This document shows positions 48,251 to 56,950 of a stretch of 64,000 bases of DNA, one piece after another (position 1 is the stretch's first letter; each line of letters opens with the position of its first letter). The notes below the pieces were generated by a model, which was given only the letters and a program-made list of their open reading frames with translations, searched no databases and had not been told where the DNA came from. The DNA is from Minisyncoccota bacterium (GTDB taxonomy: Bacteria > Patescibacteriota > Minisyncoccia > Phycocordibacterales > Phycocordibacteraceae), in the NCBI GenBank assembly GCA_035627655.1, contig DASPLI010000001.1:195355-259354 (forward strand). Direction: 5' to 3'. Position numbers and translations under genes: made by a program.

Positions 48251-48751
48251 ATGACGCGTATCTTCGTCGCGATTTTCCTCTTTCTGTGCTGTATCGCCCT
48301 GCCGGATCAGGTATCTGCCCGCCAGTACGCTGGCTATACGGCAGACGGAACGGTTCGCGTCACAGTACGGGAGGTTGAACCTCGAGGACGAATCCAAGTA
48401 CAGGATGATGCGCCGTTCTTTACGCTGCTCTTCCTGTTTATGTGTCTCGGTCTACTGATTGCACTCATCCTTTCGTTTGACGACGAGGGTGAGAGCGGAG
48501 AAGAAGCAACGGCACAGCCGGCTTCCCCGCCACCACCTCCAGCACCCGCACCGCCGCCGATACCGCCCGCCGATCCTTTGCCACCACTGCCAGTCGTGGT
48601 TGAGGATACGGAAGCGCGTCGTCGCTTGCGTGTTAGTCGGGATGCGCTTCGGCGCGCCGACGAGCGCGCGGAAGAAATACAGCAGGAGGCATATCGAGCC
48701 CTACGAGACCTCGACGAATCACCACCAGTACCTTCAAGACGGCGCACCTAG
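48251..48751 (+). CDS. Hypothetical membrane protein with Pro-rich linker (SD-led)
   Basis: GGAGG SD; signal peptide, TM helix, poly-Pro, short coiled coil. Confidence 0.65.
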   Translation: MTRIFVAIFLFLCCIALPDQVSARQYAGYTADGTVRVTVREVEPRGRIQVQDDAPFFTLLFLFMCLGLLIALILSFDDEGESGEEATAQPASPPPPPAPAPPPIPPADPLPPLPVVVEDTEARRRLRVSRDALRRADERAEEIQQEAYRALRDLDESPPVPSRRRT

Positions 48752-48996
48752 CGCCGTCTCTTTTTTGTGCTAGGATCCCTGACAGGCCGCTTCATCCAGG
48801 CTTCAGGGTCTGGATCGTAGCGTAGGGCTTCCACCGGTCTCCCCCAAGGATCGACCGGTTGATCTTTCGCGAGTTTCGCATTGTCTCCCTCCTGTATACG
48901 TGTGTGCGGCGTCGGATATCGCGCCTGCGCAGAACTGTTATGTGCAGGCGTCATAGCCGCTGTCATGAAGACACGGTTGATTGTAGGAGAAGGACA

Positions 48997-49452
48997 ATGA
49001 ACCTTACCCCGGATCGACGCCCTGAACGGGGCGACGGCCAAGGTGGCTCGCGTTCACCGCAGCCGCCCAACACCAGGCAACCCCAGCGCGCCGACGACGA
49101 CGGCATGTCGTTTGAAGACGCCTGGAACGCCATGAACGAAGCCTGGAAAGGCATGCTGCGCGAAGCTGGCCAGCTTCGCACCGAGGCTCAAGAAGCCAAG
49201 GCGGCGGCCAATCAAGAAAAAGCTCGCGCCGACCGGCTGCAAGAAGAGTTGCGCGTTTCCGACAGCGAAAAGAAGCGGCTCTTTGATGACAACACTCGCC
49301 TGCAAGGTCTCCTTGACCAGGCGCGCAACGTCATCAAGAAGTTTGCTGAAAAGCAAGACGAAGCGCGTGCTCAGATCCGTGATGACTATCGCGCTATCAC
49401 GGAGCCGCCGCCGCCTGAACGGACCGGCCGCGGTGCTGAACGGCACCAGTAA
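48997..49452 (+). CDS. Hypothetical coiled-coil protein (SD-led)
   Basis: AGGAGAAGGA SD; disordered N-terminus and about 90 aa heptad region. Confidence 0.65.
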   Translation: MNLTPDRRPERGDGQGGSRSPQPPNTRQPQRADDDGMSFEDAWNAMNEAWKGMLREAGQLRTEAQEAKAAANQEKARADRLQEELRVSDSEKKRLFDDNTRLQGLLDQARNVIKKFAEKQDEARAQIRDDYRAITEPPPPERTGRGAERHQ

Positions 49453-49525
49453 GATCAGAAGCCCTTTCAGAGGCGACGCCCCAGCGTCGCCTCTTTCTTT
49501 TTCCTGACGGGTGTATCATGGGAGC

Positions 49526-50221
49526 ATGACTTTTGCTGAAATGCCGCCGATTCCGGGCAAGAAGTTTGCCCCAGGAAAGACTGGTCAGCTCGAACGCCTG
49601 GATGCCAAGCGTCGTCTGACAAAGGCAAAGCGATGGGTAAAGTCTGGTTGGGAGAACGTGGTAACGCGCATTCCCAACAAAGCTGATATTTACGCCTACT
49701 CGTTTCGAACGCCCGATGAGGGGTTTCGTGCTCGAGAGATTTACTACATTCATCGCATCTTGAAAGTGCTCTTCCCGTCGCACTTCCCGAGAATTCGCGC
49801 AGCGATGGAGCATCGTAACAATTCAGAGACGCCCGGCGGCACGGTGCGACAGGAAGTAAAAATAAAGGAGGACCCACTTGCGGACAGTCGCAAAGCAAGT
49901 TTCGTGTACTGGTTTATGCAGAACTTTGTTACTAAAACCACAGAGGGAGATTTCCAAGAGGTGCGCCAGGCGCTCCAGGACATGGGCATCAAGAGCGGTA
50001 TTGATTTCAACCCGGCTAATTTTGCGGCTGATGAAGAGGGGCATGAACAATATCTCGATACGGCGCCTGGGCTCGCAGAGCCGTTTATCAATCAGCATCC
50101 GCGGATTATTGAATACATGTGGGCGCGCGGCTATGCAGGGGATGATGTTCGCAAGGTAGAGAAAGCGCTCAAACGCCTTGATACGCTTGTTGCCCGCCGT
50201 AAGAAGCGGCTCACTCGCTAG
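49526..50221 (+). CDS. Hypothetical protein with possible kinase-like motifs
   Basis: ATG 6 nt after TATCAT; DFNPANF...YLDT. Confidence 0.6.
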   Translation: MTFAEMPPIPGKKFAPGKTGQLERLDAKRRLTKAKRWVKSGWENVVTRIPNKADIYAYSFRTPDEGFRAREIYYIHRILKVLFPSHFPRIRAAMEHRNNSETPGGTVRQEVKIKEDPLADSRKASFVYWFMQNFVTKTTEGDFQEVRQALQDMGIKSGIDFNPANFAADEEGHEQYLDTAPGLAEPFINQHPRIIEYMWARGYAGDDVRKVEKALKRLDTLVARRKKRLTR

Positions 50222-50311
50222 TTCAAAGTTTGCTCCACAGGCCGTTAGTTGACTATATAGACTACTGTTGTATTATCATAGGCAGACTTGATCTTAGACA
50301 GGAGGAGGATC

Positions 50312-51457
50312 ATGCCTGAGGCGACGCGGGTGGAAACATCTGCAGCGACATGCGAAATTCGGTGTTCTCGTGATCGATTTTCTGGTGCCCGTGGGGAGTT
50401 CGCACGAATAGCTAGTTTCGTGGAAGAACTTCTGACGGAAGCCGGGCTATCCGGGAATTTCCAATGCGTGCCGCATAAGCCAGTTCGCGGCGGACATGCG
50501 AACAAGGGCCAAGGATTCCGTATCACGCGAGTGGACGGGTCTGATGGGCTGATGTGTATCATCCAGCTCGGCTCCAATGATTCTGCATGGGAATGCAAAC
50601 TCTTGCTTCCGGCGACGTTCTTGCCTGAAAAGGTGAAGACGCAGCTGGAAGAGGCGCTTCGGCGCCGAAATGCTCGGCCTGTGAAGGCGGTCCCGCCTCC
50701 TCCCCCGGAGGAGCCCGACCCGCCACCACCAGCGCCGGCCGTATGCGATGTTATTGCGGATCTCGAGCGCGTCGCGCTCCTGATTGCAGGACAGTTCCCC
50801 GAACGGAAGAGTTGCTCTCCGTACGAGGTGATCGCCGATCTGTTCATTGATGAATATCAATGGGCATCGGCGGAAGCGCACCAAGCGATACTGGCTTTGG
50901 TCAACCGGCGGCACTTTAAGCTTGCAGGCAGCACTGCGGATCAGCGTTACATCAGCATTCTGGACGGCGCGCTGTGCGACCACTTGAAGGTCCTCAGCGT
51001 GCTCAAGGAAGCTGAAACGAAGACTCCCGCTCCCGTCGTCACTGCTCCCGTCGTCTCCGACAAGCAGCGATTGCGGACAGAAGCCTCGCAGATGTACGTC
51101 GGCCAGCCTCTGGACGACGAACCTCGCCCCCGACCACGGCTTGTTCGCTCGGAGGCGCCTGCCCCGACGCAACCAGCACCGCCTGCGGCTCCCACCGGAA
51201 TCGCGGCCCAGCTTGCCGATCTTGAGCAGAAGTCACTGGTATTCGAGGAAGCGCAGCACCAGCTGCGCCAAGCCGAACCCGCGACCGCTGCGCTTGAGGA
51301 GCGCTGGGAACGTGCTCAGGAAGAGATCGCTGCGATTACGCGCGAGCGCGAACGTTTGAGCGCGGAGTGTGCCGATGCGAACCGCATCGTTGCAGATCCG
51401 AACTACGCTCAGGCGGCCGAAAAGCTTGCTCGCATTCGCGAGATCATTTCATCCTGA
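50312..51457 (+). CDS. Hypothetical multidomain protein with Pro-rich linkers and C-terminal coiled coil (SD-led)
   Basis: AGGAGGAGG SD; TTGACT-16-TATTAT promoter at 50249-50276; terminator at 51462-51494. Confidence 0.7.
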   Translation: MPEATRVETSAATCEIRCSRDRFSGARGEFARIASFVEELLTEAGLSGNFQCVPHKPVRGGHANKGQGFRITRVDGSDGLMCIIQLGSNDSAWECKLLLPATFLPEKVKTQLEEALRRRNARPVKAVPPPPPEEPDPPPPAPAVCDVIADLERVALLIAGQFPERKSCSPYEVIADLFIDEYQWASAEAHQAILALVNRRHFKLAGSTADQRYISILDGALCDHLKVLSVLKEAETKTPAPVVTAPVVSDKQRLRTEASQMYVGQPLDDEPRPRPRLVRSEAPAPTQPAPPAAPTGIAAQLADLEQKSLVFEEAQHQLRQAEPATAALEERWERAQEEIAAITRERERLSAECADANRIVADPNYAQAAEKLARIREIISS

Positions 51458-51492
51458 ACGCGAGCGGCCCCCGGTACGGGGGCCGCTTTGTT

Positions 51493-52647
51493 TTAAGTCT
51501 TCTTTCTAAAGTAGGTTTTTTTCTTGAGCTTTTCCGGCATATAGCTCTCGGTGTCGTAGCGCTTGTATCCCTTTCCGTAGCCGAGTTCTTTCATGAGCTT
51601 GGTCGGTGCGTTTCGAATATTTTTCGGGATCGGCAGATTTCCCAAGCGAGCAACGTCTGCCTGCGCTTCTCGGAGCGCTTCGTATGCTGACTTATCTTTC
51701 TTGCAATTGGCGAGATACGCGGTGCCGTGCGCGAGGTTGATGGCGCATTCCGGATAGCCGATCGTTTCGCACGCACGGAATACCTCGTTTGCAACGACAA
51801 GCGCGGTTGGCTGGGCAAGGCCAATGTCTTCGGACGCGAAGATCACCATGCGCCGCGCAATAAAGAGCGGATCCTCCCCTGCTTCTACCATGCGAGCAAG
51901 ATAGTAGATGGCAGCGTCCGGCTGATTTGCACGCATGCTTTTTATATAGGCGGAAATAGTATCGTAGTGTTCTTCACCTTTCTTGTCGTAGCGAAGATGC
52001 GGAGACTCAAGTGCTTTGGTAAGCGTTTCCGTCGTAACCGCTCCGTACAAACGTTCTGCGCCTTCAAGCATGGTGAGCGCTCGTCGCGCGTCCCCGTTTG
52101 CGTAACCCATGAGCCATTCAAACGCGTCCTTCCCGACTTTAAGTTTTGACCGCTTCACAATCTTCTTGAGCGCTTCTTCCGATAGCGGCTCGAGTACGAA
52201 TACCCTGCAGCGAGATAGGAGCGCCGGGATGACCTCAAATGATGGGTTTTCAGTCGTTGCACCGATCAGCGTGAGGTCTCCGCTTTCAACGTATGGCAGG
52301 AGAAAATCCTGCTGGCTTTTGTTGAAACGATGGATTTCATCGAGAAACAGTACCTTGGGCTTCCCAATCGCGAGCTTCCCGTTGCGGCTTGTGTCGTCGA
52401 CGATCCGACGAATGTCGTCCTTGCCCGCAGAGACGGCAGACAGCTCATACAGTTCTGCATCAAGCGCCTTGGCATAAATGCGTGCGATGGTGGTCTTTCC
52501 TGTGCCTGGCGGCCCCCAGAGAATAAACGAGAATCGATGTTTTTTCTCTATAGCAACACGGATTGGCTTGCCTTCTCCAACCAGATGCTCTTGCCCCACC
52601 ACCTCTTCAAGGCGTTCAGGACGAAGGCGGGAGGCTAGGGGTTCCAT
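51493..52647 (-). CDS. rarA: Replication-associated recombination protein RarA/MgsA
   Basis: PLASRLRP, WGPPGTGKTT, DEIHRFNKSQQD, GATTENPSF, ASEDIGLA. Confidence 0.95.
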   Translation of the reverse strand: MEPLASRLRPERLEEVVGQEHLVGEGKPIRVAIEKKHRFSFILWGPPGTGKTTIARIYAKALDAELYELSAVSAGKDDIRRIVDDTSRNGKLAIGKPKVLFLDEIHRFNKSQQDFLLPYVESGDLTLIGATTENPSFEVIPALLSRCRVFVLEPLSEEALKKIVKRSKLKVGKDAFEWLMGYANGDARRALTMLEGAERLYGAVTTETLTKALESPHLRYDKKGEEHYDTISAYIKSMRANQPDAAIYYLARMVEAGEDPLFIARRMVIFASEDIGLAQPTALVVANEVFRACETIGYPECAINLAHGTAYLANCKKDKSAYEALREAQADVARLGNLPIPKNIRNAPTKLMKELGYGKGYKRYDTESYMPEKLKKKTYFRKKT

Positions 52648-52733
52648 GCTCCTATCCTACTCCTTTCGGAAAATATGGCATGAAGAAACGGCCGCCTCGT
52701 GTGGCGGCCGTTTCTTTGCTGGCGAGCTACGGA

Positions 52734-53858
52734 CTAGTCAACTTCGTTGAGCGCATCTTCTGCGAGCTCTTCCGCTTCTTCAGCGTACTCGATTGCTTCG
52801 TCGTAGTCTTCGTCATCGAAGGCATCTTCTGCATCATTGAGTGCGTCGAGCGCGTCATTCAAGAGGTCTTCCGCGTCTTCCGTGTCGTCATTAGAGTCGC
52901 TGATCGCTTCCTGCGCTTCATCGATGGCGTCTTCAGCGTCTTCAATTGCTGCTGCCGCTTCGCTCTCGTCCTCGTCGAAGTCAATCTCATCCAACGCTTC
53001 GCTGATAAGGTCGCGCGCCTCGTCAATCAGATCCATTGCGTCCTCGTAATCTTCGTCGTCGATGTCGTCCTCTGCCTCGTTGAGGAGTTCTTCTGCCTCA
53101 TCAAGCGCTTCCTGTGCATCTTCAACGTCCTCACCGTCGTCTTCTGCTTCCTCGACGTTCTCGCGCGCCTCATCAAGCTCATCTTGAGCTTCCTCGAGCG
53201 CCTCTTCCGCGCTGTCTTCGTCGGCGTCTTCGTTGTCATCATCCTCGTCGTCGCTTGAATCGTCGATGGCGTTGTCTGCCTGGGACTCGGCAGTGCGCGC
53301 AAGCGAGGTGGCGCTTGCAATGTTTGCGTTGAGGAATGCGCGGAACGCTGCAAAGAGGTTTGAAAGCGAGTCTTCAAGGTCGCTATCATCTGCCTCATCC
53401 CGTGCGTCTTCGTAGGCGCTAATGGCGTTGAGGAGCGCCGTGCGCGCCTCAGCTGCTCCACCAATATTCGGGTTGCTTGGGGTTGTTGGGCTGCCCGGAG
53501 TAGTTGGGATGGTTGGCGTGCCGCCAATGAGCGTCTTGTATTTTGCACGCGAGAGCGGGCCGAAGGTTCCAGTTGCGGAAATGCCGTTTGCCGTCTGCCA
53601 GCGAGAGACTGCGTCAGCGGTCTTCTCGCGGAAGAGGGTGGTTTCCTGGCCCGGAGCGCCTACGCCGCTCGTTGCGACAATGTAGCCAGCTCCGTTGAGG
53701 TACTGCTGCAAGCAGCGGACATCTTCGCCGGTTACGCCCAGGGTAAGGTCACGAGTAAAATTACAGTCAGTGGCTGCAAAGACACCTGCCGGAAGTGCGA
53801 GCGTTCCGACAAGCGCAAGCGAGAGAACTGACGATATGAAAATCTTTCGCATAGGCAT
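52734..53858 (-). CDS. Secreted peptidoglycan-binding-domain protein with acidic helical repeats
   Basis: Signal peptide; PG_binding_1-like DLTLG.TGEDVRCLQQYLN...TADAVSRWQ...GTFGPLSR; D/E/A-rich repeats. Confidence 0.8.
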   Translation of the reverse strand: MPMRKIFISSVLSLALVGTLALPAGVFAATDCNFTRDLTLGVTGEDVRCLQQYLNGAGYIVATSGVGAPGQETTLFREKTADAVSRWQTANGISATGTFGPLSRAKYKTLIGGTPTIPTTPGSPTTPSNPNIGGAAEARTALLNAISAYEDARDEADDSDLEDSLSNLFAAFRAFLNANIASATSLARTAESQADNAIDDSSDDEDDDNEDADEDSAEEALEEAQDELDEARENVEEAEDDGEDVEDAQEALDEAEELLNEAEDDIDDEDYEDAMDLIDEARDLISEALDEIDFDEDESEAAAAIEDAEDAIDEAQEAISDSNDDTEDAEDLLNDALDALNDAEDAFDDEDYDEAIEYAEEAEELAEDALNEVD

Positions 53859-53961
53859 AGCGCGTTTAATGTGTATGTCTGTACGATAGCACGGCTGCAT
53901 GAAGCGATCGTGTGAAAAAAAGACCGCCGAGCCCCCTTGCGGGAACTCGACGGCCACTCGC

Positions 53962-54336
53962 CTACTTCTTACCGAGGCTTTGCAGGAGCTCCAGCAGTCT
54001 CTTCACGCTTACGCGTGACAACTTGCGCGAGAGCACCAGGAGTTCGATCTCTTCGGCAGTTTCAGGCACGACTTCATCAGTCGCACCCGTCTTTCCTTGG
54101 TTACCCAGTCCTTCGTAGAACGAGGCAACGGACTTATCAAGCGCATTGGCTATGTCGAGGAGTCGACTGGCCGCGATGCGATTGATGCCCTTCTCGTACT
54201 TCTGTACCTGCTGAAACGTCACGCCGAGTAGCTCGGCGAGCCGTTCCTGAGACATACCGATTTCAAGCCGCCGAGTTCGGACACGCTGCCCGATCTTGCG
54301 GTCTACTATGGTTGCCCCACGTTCGTCTTTTGACAA
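53962..54336 (-). CDS. XRE transcriptional regulator, alphaproteobacterial PraR/PhrR-like
   Basis: VDRKIGQRVRTRR..GMSQERLAELLGVTFQQVQKYEKGINRIAASRL; AAAGGAGGTG SD before TTG. Confidence 0.9.
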   Translation of the reverse strand: MSKDERGATIVDRKIGQRVRTRRLEIGMSQERLAELLGVTFQQVQKYEKGINRIAASRLLDIANALDKSVASFYEGLGNQGKTGATDEVVPETAEEIELLVLSRKLSRVSVKRLLELLQSLGKK

Positions 54337-54369
54337 ACAACACCTCCTTTCGTTGTAGTGAGCATTGAG

Positions 54370-54398
54370 AGTATACTATAAATATATAGAATAGTCAA
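54370..54398 (-). promoter_or_regulatory. Sigma70-type promoter of the XRE gene
   Basis: Minus strand TTGACT-17 nt-TATACT. Confidence 0.78.
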
Positions 54399-54402
54399 TA
54401 GT

Positions 54403-54476
54403 TGGTGCGGGATAGGAGAATCGAACTCCTGCCAGCAGTTTGGAAAACTGCGGTTCTACCATTAAACTAATCCCGC
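54403..54476 (-). tRNA. tRNA-Gly(TCC)
   Basis: Cloverleaf GCGGGAT...GCAGT-TTTCCAA-ACTGC...TTCGATT...ATCCCGCACCA; CCA encoded. Confidence 0.95.
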
Positions 54477-54541
54477 TTCGAAGCCGAGGATACCATGTTT
54501 TGCTCTGTATTTCAGCGCCGTTGTGCCGTAGCATACAGGTA

Positions 54542-55756
54542 ATGCTCCAGCACTTCCTTTCCATAGCCGGTGCCCTCCTTGTTACCTTTATCGCTACGGT
54601 CTCAAACCATGCAGGAGATTTCCGCACCCCACCTAATCTCTCGGACATGGACGCCGTTGAGGAGGTGGTTCTAGCTCAGCCAACAGTCCCTACTCCCTTT
54701 GAACAAGTAATAGAGGATATCGTCAAAAACGCTTCCAGTACGCCGGCTGTTCCCGGTACCACTACCCCACCCCTTTCTCCGGCAAAGCCCGCTGGCCCTA
54801 TTACGCCTACGACCCCCACCCCGCTGCCGCCGCTCACGCTCCCAGTTACCCCACCGCCACCGCCAACAACGCCGGTTGTTCCGCAGGTGGACGCCACCCT
54901 CTCGGACGAGGCGCTGCTGCGGGCAGCGATCGTCAATATCATCTGTTTCAGCACCGACGGTACCTCCGGCGTCTCAGGCTCTGGCGTAATCGTAGACCCG
55001 CGCGGCATTGTCGTTACGGTATCCCATATCGCCCAGCACTTCCTGCTCCGTGATTACCCATCGGAAGATGCAGGTGTCTGCTATATCCGCACGGGAAGTC
55101 CGGCCAAGAATGCCTATACGGCAGAACCGATCTTTATTTCCCCGACCTGGATTGAGGAAAACAGCACCGCCTTCCTCACGAGTCGCCCACGGGGCACAGG
55201 CGAGCACGACTTCGCCTTCCTTGCGATTACCGGTTCTCTCACCAAGACTCCGCTTCCAGCTCGCTTTGACCATATTCCGCTTGCGCCAGCCAATACCGAG
55301 GTAGAGGAAGGTGAACGGGTCGGCACTGGCTCATACGCAGCTGAATTCCTTACCAGCTCCCAAGTACGCTCTTCCCTCTACCCCACGATCAAGTTTGCAG
55401 ACGTCAAAGACGTGCTTACCTTCGATCACCAGACCCCAGGCCTTATCTCTGTTGCTGCCGGATCAGCAGCGCAGGAGGGCTCTTCTGGTGGTGCCGTTAT
55501 GAATAGCGACGACCGTCTGGTCGGTGTCATCACCACAAGGACCGTAAAGCCAGATCTGTCCTTGAGGACGCTCCAGGCGCTCACGATGGACCACATCCGT
55601 TCAAGCTTCCGAGCAGATATGGGCGAGAATCTTGATGCTTACCTCAAGAGCGATCTCTCAACGCTCATCGTAAAGTTCCGCGGCAAGGCAGTCGGGCTCT
55701 TCGATATCCTCATGGAGGCAGTGGAAGAGTGCGAGGAAGACCGTGCGGGTTGTTAG
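54542..55756 (+). CDS. Membrane-anchored trypsin-like serine protease
   Basis: GSGVIV..TVSH, HDFAFL, EGSSGG catalytic triad; Pro-rich stalk; ATG 7 nt after TAGCAT. Confidence 0.82.
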   Translation: MLQHFLSIAGALLVTFIATVSNHAGDFRTPPNLSDMDAVEEVVLAQPTVPTPFEQVIEDIVKNASSTPAVPGTTTPPLSPAKPAGPITPTTPTPLPPLTLPVTPPPPPTTPVVPQVDATLSDEALLRAAIVNIICFSTDGTSGVSGSGVIVDPRGIVVTVSHIAQHFLLRDYPSEDAGVCYIRTGSPAKNAYTAEPIFISPTWIEENSTAFLTSRPRGTGEHDFAFLAITGSLTKTPLPARFDHIPLAPANTEVEEGERVGTGSYAAEFLTSSQVRSSLYPTIKFADVKDVLTFDHQTPGLISVAAGSAAQEGSSGGAVMNSDDRLVGVITTRTVKPDLSLRTLQALTMDHIRSSFRADMGENLDAYLKSDLSTLIVKFRGKAVGLFDILMEAVEECEEDRAGC

Positions 55757-55827
55757 TCGGGCCGCTGGGAATCGAACCCAGTCTGTCTGCTCCCAAAGCA
55801 GATGTACTACCGGTATACTACGGCCCG
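55757..55827 (-). tRNA. tRNA-Pro(TGG)
   Basis: CGGGCCG...TCTGC-TTTGGGA-GCAGA...TTCGATT...CGGCCCGA; CCA not encoded. Confidence 0.93.
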
Positions 55828-55920
55828 TCTCGGGCATCCTAGCACGACTTTGAGAAAAACCGTTAGTTTCCAGGCTCTTTTCCCTGTCTGACCGCGGTCA
55901 CAAGGACTGTCCTTTGTCCT

Positions 55921-55950
55921 TTATCCCCAGTATGCACAGGGTTTTACACA
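55921..55950 (+). promoter_or_regulatory. Three tandem DnaA-box-like 9-mers
   Basis: TTATCCCCA, GTATGCACA and TTTTACACA versus consensus TTWTNCACA (0-1 mismatch each). Confidence 0.45.
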
Positions 55951-55954
55951 GGTA

Positions 55955-55990
55955 AGAGAAAACGGCCTATACAGGCCGTTTTCTCTCTTT
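55955..55990. terminator. Terminator after tRNA-Gly(GCC)
   Basis: AGAGAAAACGGCCT-atac-AGGCCGTTTTCTCT. Confidence 0.75.
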
Positions 55991-56064
55991 TGGTGCGGTC
56001 AGGGAGAATCGAACTCCCGACTAGTCCTTGGCAAGGACTCGTTTTACCACTAAACCATGACCGC
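55991..56064 (-). tRNA. tRNA-Gly(GCC)
   Basis: GCGGTCA...AGTCC-TTGCCAA-GGACT...TTCGATT...TGACCGCACCA. Confidence 0.95.
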
Positions 56065-56071
56065 GTGCGAC

Positions 56072-56755
56072 TCACGAGATATTCTCATAATATTGCCCAT
56101 TCATCAATTCCTTGGGGAGTAAATTGAGCCATTCCCCGAGCTTTTGGCGCAAATATCCGCTTGAAACGATGACTGTGCACACCCCGCCAGCAAATCGTTT
56201 CACCTTGGGAACCTTCTGCACGATAACGGTCGTTTGAAACTGGGAAAGTGGGATTCCAGAAGCGAAGGACCAGAAGCGCCGTATCGATGGATCATCCGCA
56301 TCTGGATAGGATAGAAGCGCCACTTTGACCTGGTTCTGGGGCACGTTGCAGACCCGGGTAAGAAAGGTGATGAAGATCTTTATTGTTTCCGGGTTTGCTC
56401 CCGAAAACCGAACCTGGTTCCTGGCCGCCTTCGTTCCGGCACTCCAATATAGTGTCATCCCGGCAATAAATAGCGGATGGTACTTGAGCGTCTCGAACTC
56501 TGTTCGCGCCTCCACCCGCGCCTGCTCGTATGCTTCCCGAAGCCGCCGGCCGCGAACCTTGGCAAGTCCGGCAACCCGGACCCTGCTCTTCTCCCTGGCA
56601 GCAGCCTGGAGTTTTTCCCGCAAATCGGCAGACCAGGCTTCGCCGGAGAACCAGGCGGAGAGGGTCGCCCGCGGTATACCAAGCTCTTTCTCAATCTCCT
56701 TATAGCTTTTTCCAGACTTTCTGAGTTCCTCAGCCTTATTGCGATCAGTACGCAT
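56072..56755 (-). CDS. HTH protein with degenerate LAGLIDADG-like domain, between tRNA genes
   Basis: N-terminal HTH (LRKSGKSYKEIEKELGIPRATLSAW); LFIAGMTLYWSAGTK..VRFSGANP..I..F..FL. Confidence 0.7.
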   Translation of the reverse strand: MRTDRNKAEELRKSGKSYKEIEKELGIPRATLSAWFSGEAWSADLREKLQAAAREKSRVRVAGLAKVRGRRLREAYEQARVEARTEFETLKYHPLFIAGMTLYWSAGTKAARNQVRFSGANPETIKIFITFLTRVCNVPQNQVKVALLSYPDADDPSIRRFWSFASGIPLSQFQTTVIVQKVPKVKRFAGGVCTVIVSSGYLRQKLGEWLNLLPKELMNGQYYENIS

Positions 56756-56818
56756 ACTTACAGCATATAGTACACAGGTTCAGTTCCCTGTCATATAGGT
56801 GAATAGCCTCACTCGTTG

Positions 56819-56890
56819 TGCTCCCGCCAGGACTCGAACCTGGAACAACAGTTCCGAAGACTGTTGTGATATCCATTTCACCACAGGAGC
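56819..56890 (-). tRNA. tRNA-Arg(TCG)
   Basis: GCTCCTG...ACAGT-CTTCGGA-ACTGT...TTCGAGT...CGGGAGCA; CCA not encoded. Confidence 0.92.
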
Positions 56891-56950
56891 GTTATAGAAA
56901 TACTACGCGAGAGCTAGGAGAATAGCCACCGAGGTACTAGTATTTTTGTG

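Noticed and set aside
41709-54398. Chimeric contig or contamination explaining the alphaproteobacterial-like genes
   Set aside because: The genes alternate one by one with CPR-like core genes and share terminators with them, which would need many independent mis-joins. Read mapping is still needed to exclude it formally.
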